In this document: positions 20,420 to 26,855 of the stretch, one piece after another
How positions within the stretch are numbered: position 1 is the stretch's first letter
Layout: every line of letters begins with the position of its first letter
Assembly: GCA_013813185.1 (NCBI GenBank)
Contig: JACCSD010000114.1
Coordinates: 1 to 26,987 of the forward strand
Direction of reading: 5' to 3'
Length of the DNA stretch: 26,987 nt
Source of the DNA: Burkholderiaceae bacterium
Lineage (GTDB): Bacteria; Pseudomonadota; Gammaproteobacteria; Burkholderiales; Burkholderiaceae_F
The notes under the pieces: model-generated
What the model saw: the letters and a program-made list of their open reading frames with translations, nothing else
Told to the model about the DNA's origin: nothing
The model's database searches: none
Position numbers and translations under genes: made by a program

Positions 20420-20447
20420 GCGACGCGGCCCTTATCAGCCGCGTCGC
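20420..20447 (-). terminator. Hairpin downstream of the BON gene (terminator-like)
   Basis: Perfect 10-bp stem GCGACGCGGC/GCCGCGTCGC with 8-nt loop, followed on the minus strand by CTTTATTTA. Confidence 0.55.
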
Positions 20448-20471
20448 TCAAACAAGAATGCCTGCTTGCTG

Positions 20472-20927
20472 CTACGGCTTCTTGGCCGGCGGTGTTGGGT
20501 TGTTCGGCATCGGTGTGGCGGCCGGGGCAGTGCCCGGCGGCTGCGTGCCCGGCACGATGCCCGGGGCGGCATTCGGGCTCGAGGCCAGGTTGTTCTCGAC
20601 GCGCTGCACGCCCGAAACGCCCTTGGCGACTTCGACCGCGCGCGCCAACTGGGCCGGAGTGTCGACGGTCCCCGTCAGCTTGACGGTGCCGCTGTTGGAA
20701 TCGACGTTTATCTGCGTACCTTTAACCATCTCGTCGGCAATCAACGCAGCCTTCACTTTAGTAGTAAGCGCGGCATTGTCGACCACATTGGCGGTGGCGT
20801 TGGTTGCCTGTTTGGCTTCCGTGCGCACTTCCTGGCGTTCGGAACGCGAGCATGCGGCGAGAACGAGCGCGGCTGCGGTGGTCACGACCACCGCTCGCAA
20901 TGTGTGACGTGCAGCTTTCTGCATCAT
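20472..20927 (-). CDS. BON-domain lipoprotein (OsmY-like)
   Basis: RBS GAGGAG. Lipoprotein signal ending LVLAA-C. BON domain DNAALTTKVKAALIAD...INVDSNSGTVKLTGTV...AVEVAKGVSGVQRVENNL, then a Pro-rich tail. Confidence 0.9.
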   Translation of the reverse strand: MMQKAARHTLRAVVVTTAAALVLAACSRSERQEVRTEAKQATNATANVVDNAALTTKVKAALIADEMVKGTQINVDSNSGTVKLTGTVDTPAQLARAVEVAKGVSGVQRVENNLASSPNAAPGIVPGTQPPGTAPAATPMPNNPTPPAKKP

Positions 20928-21032
20928 TTTGTGGCTCCTCTTTGGGTAAGTTAATTTATTCGAGCCCTTGCTTGCATGTCGACGGGCCCATGCCTCGCAC
21001 AACAACAAGCTTCGGCGCAAGCAATCAGAAGT

Positions 21033-21048
21033 CGCAAGTTACATGCCC
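21033..21048 (-). promoter_or_regulatory. sigma54 -24/-12 motif upstream of the BON gene
   Basis: Minus strand GGGCATGTAACTTGCG, GG-N10-GC with TTGC. Confidence 0.7.
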
Positions 21049-21085
21049 GGCCGGCGACCGGGACGGAGCATTCAGGATCAGGCGC

Positions 21086-22465
21086 TCAGGCGGCGCGGCG
21101 CTCTTTCGGAGGCTGATTTCCCTCGCCGCCGTATTCCTTCAGCCGGTTATAAAGGGTCTTCAAACTCACGCCCAATGCGGCAGCGGTCCGTTCCTTGTGG
21201 CCCTCAAAGTGTTCGAGCGTCGCAAAAACCAGGTCACGTTCCACATCAGCGAGGGTAGTGCCGATCCGTACCGACAGGATCGACTCCGCGTTGCCGGCCG
21301 AAGAGCGCCCGGCTTGCAATTCGAGCCATTCATCACTGATCGTTGCGCCAGACGCCATCACATAGGCACGCTGCACGACATTGCGGAGCTCGCGCACGTT
21401 GCCCGGCCAGTCGTACTCGTTCATGCGTTCGTAAGCGCTCTTGCTCAAACGCTTTTCCTTGCCTTCTTCTTTGCAAATTTCCGCCAGGAAGTGGTCCGCG
21501 AGTAGCGCGATGTCCTCTCTTCTTTCGCGCAGTGGCGGCAAACGGATAGGAAAGACATTCAATCGATACAGAAGATCCTCGCGCAGCTTGCCGTCGACCA
21601 CGGCACGCTCGGGCACCCGGTTGGTCGCGCCTAGTACCCGCACATCGGCACGCTGCGTTTCGGTCGATCCGACCCGGTTGAAGGTGCCGGTCTCCAAAAC
21701 CCGCAGCAGCTTGACCTGAAGGTCAGGCGGCATTTCCGTGACTTCATCCAGGAAGAGTGTTCCGCCGTGGGCACGCTCAAAGAAGCCAAGATGCTGCCGA
21801 TTGGCACCGGTGAAGCTGCCTTTCTCGTGACCGAAAATTTCGCTCTCCATTAAATGGGGCGAAATGGCGCCGCAGTTGATCGCGAGAAACGGCCGGCTGC
21901 GACGCCGACTCAGCGAGTGAATCGTTTGCGCCACCAATTCCTTGCCGGTGCCGCTTTCGCCCTGTATGAGCACCGTCACCGCGGTTGCCGCCACGCGTGA
22001 CACTTGCTCGTAAACGCGCTTCATCGACGGCGAGCCGCCCCACATATCTCCGAATCGCCCGCTGCGATCGAGTTCAACGCGCAGATCGGAAATTTCTGCC
22101 TGTAACTGCCCAGGCCGCATCACTCGTGCCAGGATGCCCTGCACTTGACCGGGGCTCACCGGCTTGATCAAGTAGTCCGTCGCGCCCAAGCGCAACGCTT
22201 CAATCGAGGTTTCTAGACTTGCGTGCCCGGTGATCAATACGACTTCGGTGTCCGCGAGCGCTGCTTTGTCGTTGAAGAGCTCGGTTCCCTTGCCGTCGGG
22301 CAAGACGAGATCGAGGAACACCACATCCGGAGCGCTGGTCGCAAGCTGGCGTCGCGCGTCGCGCATGGTGCGTGCAGTCGAAGCGGTGAACCCCTGGCTG
22401 GCGACAAGTTCCGCCAGCATTTCCGCCGTATCGGAATCGTCGTCGACGATGAGTGCGTGACTCAT
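21086..22465 (-). CDS. sigma54-dependent response regulator (receiver-AAA+-Fis HTH enhancer-binding protein)
   Basis: ALIVDDD, FLDLVLPDG receiver; GESGTGKE, EIFGHEKGSFTGA, LFLDEVTEM, WPGNVRELRN; C-terminal TAAALGVSLKTLYNRL. Confidence 0.95.
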   Translation of the reverse strand: MSHALIVDDDSDTAEMLAELVASQGFTASTARTMRDARRQLATSAPDVVFLDLVLPDGKGTELFNDKAALADTEVVLITGHASLETSIEALRLGATDYLIKPVSPGQVQGILARVMRPGQLQAEISDLRVELDRSGRFGDMWGGSPSMKRVYEQVSRVAATAVTVLIQGESGTGKELVAQTIHSLSRRRSRPFLAINCGAISPHLMESEIFGHEKGSFTGANRQHLGFFERAHGGTLFLDEVTEMPPDLQVKLLRVLETGTFNRVGSTETQRADVRVLGATNRVPERAVVDGKLREDLLYRLNVFPIRLPPLRERREDIALLADHFLAEICKEEGKEKRLSKSAYERMNEYDWPGNVRELRNVVQRAYVMASGATISDEWLELQAGRSSAGNAESILSVRIGTTLADVERDLVFATLEHFEGHKERTAAALGVSLKTLYNRLKEYGGEGNQPPKERRAA

Positions 22466-22476
22466 TGCTTCCCCTT

Positions 22477-22554
22477 GTTGTCGCAGGCAACGCTCGGCAG
22501 CTGCGCACTTAGTTGAGCGCCAACGATACCGCAGTTGACGTTGTCGTCGGCAAC
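22477..22554. promoter_or_regulatory. Pair of 15-bp imperfect palindromes (candidate operator/enhancer sites)
   Basis: GTTGTCGCAGGCAAC (22477-22491) and GTTGTCGTCGGCAAC (22540-22554), 63 bp apart. Confidence 0.45.
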
Positions 22555-22652
22555 AGGGAATGTGTTAAACGATCAAGGGAGGATGCCGCAGCCGACGAGT
22601 GGCCGCCTGCGCGCCGCACTGCCCGGGCGTGAATGCGCTAGCGGGCTGGCCC

Positions 22653-22682
22653 AAAAAAAAAGAGCAATAGGGAACTGCCCTA
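22653..22682 (-). terminator. Intrinsic terminator after the 80-aa ORF
   Basis: Minus strand TAGGGCAGTTCCCTATTGCTC followed by T9. Can fold as TAGGG/CCCTA or AGGGCAG/TTGCTCT. Confidence 0.55.
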
Positions 22683-22922
22683 CACGACGTTGCGACCCGC
22701 CTCGACCACCGTCAGCAGAAAATTATGGCGTCCGACAGCGTGTGCAAGGTCCGCAGCGTAGGCGGCCGCCGCCGGCAACGAACTCAGCACCGCACCGGCA
22801 ATCAGCTTGCCCTGATAACCGACAACCCAGCACCCCTTGCCGAGCCTCGCGAGCAAGAATTCATTAGAGCTCGACTTCGCTGCCACTGAGCGTTTAGCGC
22901 GCGCCTGATCCGATGCTTTCAT
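22680..22922 (-). CDS. Small hypothetical protein (80 aa)
   Basis: AGGAG 5 nt before the ATG, near-consensus sigma54 promoter 40 nt upstream, terminator at the stop codon. Confidence 0.75.
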   Translation of the reverse strand: MKASDQARAKRSVAAKSSSNEFLLARLGKGCWVVGYQGKLIAGAVLSSLPAAAAYAADLAHAVGRHNFLLTVVEAGRNVV

Positions 22923-22961
22923 CGTTGCTCCTAAGTTTCGGTTACCAGCGTGAGGATTGTA

Positions 22962-22977
22962 AGCAACGTGCGTGCCA
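22962..22977 (-). promoter_or_regulatory. sigma54 -24/-12 promoter (consensus match)
   Basis: Minus strand TGGCACGCACGTTGCT = TGGCACG-N4-TTGCW. Confidence 0.85.
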
Positions 22978-22998
22978 GCATGCAGTTCGCCGCTGTAC

Positions 22999-23014
22999 GG
23001 GCATGCAGTTTGCT
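22999..23014 (+). promoter_or_regulatory. sigma54 -24/-12 motif, copy 1
   Basis: GGGCATGCAGTTTGCT, GG-N10-GC. Confidence 0.7.
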
Positions 23015-23025
23015 TTTCGTTGTAG

Positions 23026-23041
23026 GGGCATGTAGTTTGCT
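23026..23041 (+). promoter_or_regulatory. sigma54 -24/-12 motif, copy 2
   Basis: GGGCATGTAGTTTGCT, GG-N10-GC; 27 bp downstream of copy 1. Confidence 0.7.
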
Positions 23042-23137
23042 TTTCTCAGCCCACTGCGGTTCGCTGGTGCGTGAAGCGTCCGCTACGTCACTGTTTACTA
23101 AACGAGGCACTTGACCAACCAACTAGAGGTAAACGTA

Positions 23138-23410
23138 ATGATTAACTTCATCATTTGGCTCATCGTGGGTGGCGTCGTTGGCTGGCTGGCCAGTTTGATC
23201 ATGCGGACCGATGCGCAACAGGGAATTTTCCTCAACATTATCGTCGGCATCGTGGGAGCTGCGCTGGGCGGATGGTTGATTTCTCCGCTGCTGGGAATGC
23301 CTTCAATCAACCAGGATGCGTTTAGTTTTGGAGCTTTGGTCGTGTCGCTGATTGGCGCGGTCATCCTGCTCGCGATCGTCAATTTGTTTCGTCGCGGCTC
23401 AGTTCGTTAA
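23138..23410 (+). CDS. GlsB/YeaQ/YmgE family stress-response membrane protein
   Basis: FIIWLIVGGVVGWLASLIM, NIIVGIVGAALGGWL, SLIGAVILLAI; RBS GAGGT; start at ATG 23138. Confidence 0.92.
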   Translation: MINFIIWLIVGGVVGWLASLIMRTDAQQGIFLNIIVGIVGAALGGWLISPLLGMPSINQDAFSFGALVVSLIGAVILLAIVNLFRRGSVR

Positions 23411-23492
23411 GCCCGAGCCGCTGTGAGTGACCTGCACGCGTGAGCGGGCCGGCATTGGAAGAACACATTAACCATAAACAACGGGAGCAAAG

Positions 23493-23837
23493 ATGGAAAC
23501 CACCACTCCGAATACCGGCAATCTTGGTTCAACGGGCAGCACCGGAAAACTCAACCCAAACCAAGCGGCGGACCGCGCGCACACCACGGTGGATCGAGTC
23601 GCCCAAGGGGCGCACGACACTGTCGACCGTCTTGCCTCCAAGGCTGCGCCCATGCTGGATCGCGCGCGATCAGCCGCCACCGATGCGCAAGACACGCTGT
23701 ATGCCAAGTACGATGACTTCATGGCGATGGAAGAAGAATGGGCAGAATCAGCGCGCGATCAAATCCGCGCCCACCCATTGGCCGTCGTAGGCATCGCGCT
23801 GATGGCGGGATTGCTGATCGGCCGCTTGTCCCGCTAG
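23493..23837 (+). CDS. DUF883/ElaB/YqjD-like tail-anchored protein
   Basis: Helical repeats (AHTTVDRVAQGAHDTVDRLA) and C-terminal anchor IRAHPLAVVGIALMAGLLIGRL; RBS GGGAG. Confidence 0.8.
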   Translation: METTTPNTGNLGSTGSTGKLNPNQAADRAHTTVDRVAQGAHDTVDRLASKAAPMLDRARSAATDAQDTLYAKYDDFMAMEEEWAESARDQIRAHPLAVVGIALMAGLLIGRLSR

Positions 23838-23863
23838 TTGCGAAACACGGCTTCAAACTGAAC

Positions 23864-24385
23864 GTGGACATCGCAAGCGATACGGCGGTAGGTGGAGGTG
23901 GTGCGTCGCCGCCGGCAGCGGGCGCAAGCGTGGACCCGCGTGTGCACGCGGCTTCGGGGGGCTCGTCTGCTTCAGCCAGGCAGTCGAGCCGTCGCTCTGC
24001 GCGCGATTCCGGTTCGCCTCCCCTGCGCCCAGGCTTTGCGCAGTTCATTCGTGAGATCCGCGCCGCGTTCGGCGCGCGTTTCCATTTACTCGAACTCGAG
24101 GCGAAACGCGCGGCGTGGTCCGCCGCGTACATGCTGGCGTTTGGTGTCGGAGCGGCTCTGCTTGGAGTCACGGCCTGGCTGATCCTGATCGCGGGACTTG
24201 TCTATGGGGCAGTAGTGGCAGGCGTGCCGTGGATAGTTGCAGGCATCGTGGCCATTGCTCTGCACGCGGTGGCCGTTTTTATGCTGGTGCGCGCAATCCG
24301 GGGCATGGTTGACAACCTGACATTCGCGGCGACGCGTCGCACCTTGGCGGAATCTTCAACGGCCCACGATGACAGCGGCGCTTGA
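23864..24385 (+). CDS. Phage-holin-family (YqjE-like) membrane protein
   Basis: RFHLLELEAKRAA followed by two TM helices; position directly after a DUF883 gene, as in yqjD-yqjE. Start uncertain (GTG 23864 or 23930). Confidence 0.75.
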   Translation: MDIASDTAVGGGGASPPAAGASVDPRVHAASGGSSASARQSSRRSARDSGSPPLRPGFAQFIREIRAAFGARFHLLELEAKRAAWSAAYMLAFGVGAALLGVTAWLILIAGLVYGAVVAGVPWIVAGIVAIALHAVAVFMLVRAIRGMVDNLTFAATRRTLAESSTAHDDSGA

Positions 24386-25184
24386 CTTCCTGAGGACCGA
24401 CATCGAAGCGGCTGAACGAGCCGTTCGATTGGCCGATCAGCGCGCCGCGAACACGGGTCGGGCCTTACGCGCGAGCTGGAAGTCCAAGGGCCCGATGATC
24501 ATGGGTGCAGCAGGAGCAGCGTTGCTTCTACGCCAGGTGCTCAGGGCAAGACGGAAGGTGCCGAGAGACCGCGTGCGCGGGCAGGGACTTGGCGGATGGC
24601 TTCGCTCATACGGGCCATACGTGTCGGCGCTTGGACCGCAGGCGATCACTGCGATCAGTGCGTTGGTCGCTGCGATGGTCGCCAAAAACGCGAAGAAGGC
24701 TCTGGCGAGCGCAGCACATGTAGATCTGGATCGTTTCGTGGGCAGCTGGTTCGAGATCGCCCGCCTGCCGCATGGAACGGATGCGCAATGCGTATCGGAT
24801 GCGCGCGCTACCTATGCAAGGACCGAAGACGGTCTTCGTTTGTTGAGCCTGTGCCGGCGCGAAAACGGAAGCACCAAGCGCTCGACGGGCCGCGCGAAGC
24901 TGACCGACGACGCGACGCAGGCTCGCTTCAAGATTTCTTATTCGCACTCGGCACTCGATGTAATTCCGTTCGTGTGGTCGGACTACACGATCATTGATGT
25001 TGCCGATGACTACAGCACCGCGATGGTCGGTGCAGCCGATCGCAAACACCTTTGGCTGCTTTCCCGGCAGCCGTCGATCGGAGATTCAGTCCGGCAAGAC
25101 TTCCTGAACAAGGCGCGTGCACAGGGGTTCGATACCAGCGCGCTCGTGCTCACGCGGCATTCCGCCGCGAGCACGCAGAGCTAG
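24369..25184 (+). CDS. Lipocalin (Blc-like) with about 110-aa N-terminal extension
   Basis: Lipocalin motifs VDLDRFVGSWFEIARLP, DYTIIDVADDY, LWLLSRQP plus a Cys pair (QCVSD, SLCRR). N-terminus has no lipobox. Overlaps the upstream gene by 17 nt. Confidence 0.88.
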   Translation: MTAALDFLRTDIEAAERAVRLADQRAANTGRALRASWKSKGPMIMGAAGAALLLRQVLRARRKVPRDRVRGQGLGGWLRSYGPYVSALGPQAITAISALVAAMVAKNAKKALASAAHVDLDRFVGSWFEIARLPHGTDAQCVSDARATYARTEDGLRLLSLCRRENGSTKRSTGRAKLTDDATQARFKISYSHSALDVIPFVWSDYTIIDVADDYSTAMVGAADRKHLWLLSRQPSIGDSVRQDFLNKARAQGFDTSALVLTRHSAASTQS

Positions 25185-25205
25185 AGTCTTAGAAGGAGAA
25201 CGTCG

Positions 25206-25403
25206 ATGTCATTTTTCGTTCGTGCCGCCTTGCTGGGCGGCCTTGCCTATGTCGTTTCTCGCGCGGTCCGGAACAGCCAGTATTCGCTGGATTCTTCGCG
25301 GTCCGAAACTCAACGGCTTGCGCGCACGCCAGGCTCTGGTGAAGAAAACCTGAAGACGTCCAGCGATCAACGCTCGGCAATGGATACTTCCGCGCCAGTA
25401 TGA
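25206..25403 (+). CDS. Small hypothetical protein (65 aa)
   Basis: RBS AAGGAG; N-terminal hydrophobic segment (FFVRAALLGGLAYVV) then Ser-rich polar tail; stop codon runs into a terminator. Confidence 0.65.
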   Translation: MSFFVRAALLGGLAYVVSRAVRNSQYSLDSSRSETQRLARTPGSGEENLKTSSDQRSAMDTSAPV

Positions 25404-25431
25404 AAAATGGGGACCCGGGGTCCCCATTTTT
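25403..25431. terminator. Bidirectional intrinsic terminator
   Basis: AAAAATGGGGACC-CGG-GGTCCCCATTTTT, perfect 13-bp inverted repeat between convergent genes. Confidence 0.85.
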
Positions 25432-25444
25432 GCAAGTGCAACCC

Positions 25445-25906
25445 TTAGCGGCCTTTGTTTCGCGAACCACTCAAAGTATCGCGATCCGAACCCGTAGATT
25501 CAGATGAACCTTGGGGTCGATTCGTTTGCTGATCCGTCTTCGACGAACTGCTCGTTCCATATTGGGTGTCCAACGCACCCTGGCGCAACTTGTCGGAAGA
25601 CTGTTCGCCGGCTTGGTTCATCTCCGGAGACTCGCCGTCGTCATCGTTGGCTCCCGCACCCTGCTGGTTGCTCGTTTGACCCCGCTGCGAGCCTTTCTGT
25701 GATCCGGGGTTGCGAGAGTCAGAAGACTCACCCCCGGATCCTTGATCCGATTGGCGCGCGCCCGGCTGTCCTTGCGATCCTGGATTGGAACCCGGTTGGC
25801 CGTGCGACTCTTGGCCACCTTGCTGCTCGGGATTTTTTCCGCTTTGCGAAGTGTTCTGCTGCTGCTGGTCCTTCTGTTCCGGCTTTGGCTGATTCTGCTT
25901 GGTCAT
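25445..25906 (-). CDS. Low-complexity hydrophilic (Q/G/S/N-rich) protein, likely intrinsically disordered
   Basis: 153 aa with no W, F, C, I or V; RBS AGGAG; sigma54 motif upstream; terminator downstream. Confidence 0.8.
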   Translation of the reverse strand: MTKQNQPKPEQKDQQQQNTSQSGKNPEQQGGQESHGQPGSNPGSQGQPGARQSDQGSGGESSDSRNPGSQKGSQRGQTSNQQGAGANDDDGESPEMNQAGEQSSDKLRQGALDTQYGTSSSSKTDQQTNRPQGSSESTGSDRDTLSGSRNKGR

Positions 25907-25975
25907 GTGTAGCTCCTATGGTGTCAAAGCGGGCGATTGCTCGGAATGACTCCGCATCACCCGTAGAAAACTTCC

Positions 25976-25991
25976 CGCAAGCGTTGTGCCT
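25976..25991 (-). promoter_or_regulatory. sigma54 -24/-12 promoter
   Basis: Minus strand AGGCACAACGCTTGCG, GG-N10-GC, 70 nt upstream of ATG 25906. Confidence 0.75.
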
Positions 25992-26032
25992 ACACCCTGA
26001 AGCGCGGGATGGAGTGCGCAATTCATCGCCTC

Positions 26033-26048
26033 GGGAATGCGGCTTGCC
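26033..26048 (+). promoter_or_regulatory. Weaker sigma54-like motif upstream of the HisKA gene
   Basis: GGGAATGCGGCTTGCC, GG-N10-GC with TTGC but a non-consensus -24 element. Confidence 0.35.
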
Positions 26049-26120
26049 GCACTACCCCGCGCTTTGGTGCACCGAGCAGCGCTTAAACCCAACGCGCAAT
26101 CCGGCATCTGCTGACGCTAA

Positions 26121-26819
26121 ATGAAGACGATCGCCGTTGTTGCCGACACCGACCGGCGATGTGGTGCGTACTGGCTCGCAAATCTTGATGCTGCGGGTAG
26201 CACGGCATTGATGGCGGCCGTCGTCAGCCGCTTCAATCATGATCTGCGCACCCCGCTGAACACTATTCTCGGCTGGACGCACTTGTTGCAGCAAGGCGGC
26301 CTCGATGCCGTTCGCGCCAAACATGTCGCCGACGTCATCGCCCGCAACTCGCGCGATCAAACGCAGCTACTGGAAGATTTTGTCGATGATGGCCGCGCCA
26401 TCCTTGGCGCATTGGAATTGCAACGGGTTGCGCTGAACATTGACCACCTGCTGGCAGACGCGATCACGCGTCTGAATCCGTTGCTCACCCTGCACGGCGT
26501 CTCGCTGAACACGAACTTCGACACCACCGACGTCTCAGTCACTGGCGATGTGCGCCGTCTGACGCGATTGGCATACCGGTTGCTGGTCATCGTGACGCGG
26601 CGCGCGCGCGAGGCGACAAAGATCAAGGTCGAAACGGATGTCGATCGCGGGCAGTACGTGCTGGCGCTGTCGGGAACCGCGCACGAGCCGGATTGGTCGG
26701 ACGCGGCGCTGTTGGATTTGCGTGTCAGCACATTGGTCGCGGCGCTGCACGAAGGCGAATTGCAAGTCGGTGCTGACGCAACGCGACCTTGCATCATGCT
26801 CAGATTGCCGTGCAGCTGA
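26121..26819 (+). CDS. Histidine-kinase-derived protein: intact HisKA, degenerate HATPase, no sensor domain
   Basis: H-box NHDLRTPLNTILGWTHLL. C-terminal domain follows HATPase layout (GDVRRL..., LHEGEL, LRLP) but lacks the N-box Asn, DxGxG and GxGLG. Start may be ATG 26211. Confidence 0.8.
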   Translation: MKTIAVVADTDRRCGAYWLANLDAAGSTALMAAVVSRFNHDLRTPLNTILGWTHLLQQGGLDAVRAKHVADVIARNSRDQTQLLEDFVDDGRAILGALELQRVALNIDHLLADAITRLNPLLTLHGVSLNTNFDTTDVSVTGDVRRLTRLAYRLLVIVTRRAREATKIKVETDVDRGQYVLALSGTAHEPDWSDAALLDLRVSTLVAALHEGELQVGADATRPCIMLRLPCS

Positions 26820-26855
26820 CGCCGCACGCCGAGGTTGACTTGTTAGGAGTTTTCG

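Noticed and set aside
20239-20907. 222-aa hydrophobic-looking plus-strand ORF
   Set aside because: Opposite to the BON gene and the 87-aa gene, both of which have RBS and family or motif support.
22517-22530. GG-N10-GC upstream of the bEBP gene
   Set aside because: Only the dinucleotides match (GGTATCGTTGGCGC); lacks both GGCA and TTGC context.
23864-24385. Holin-family gene as evidence of a prophage
   Set aside because: No integrase, structural, endolysin or replication genes; the DUF883-holin-family context is the chromosomal yqjDE-type operon.
25504-26124. 206-aa plus-strand ORF
   Set aside because: Antisense to the hydrophilic protein and runs across a promoter region; no RBS or motif.
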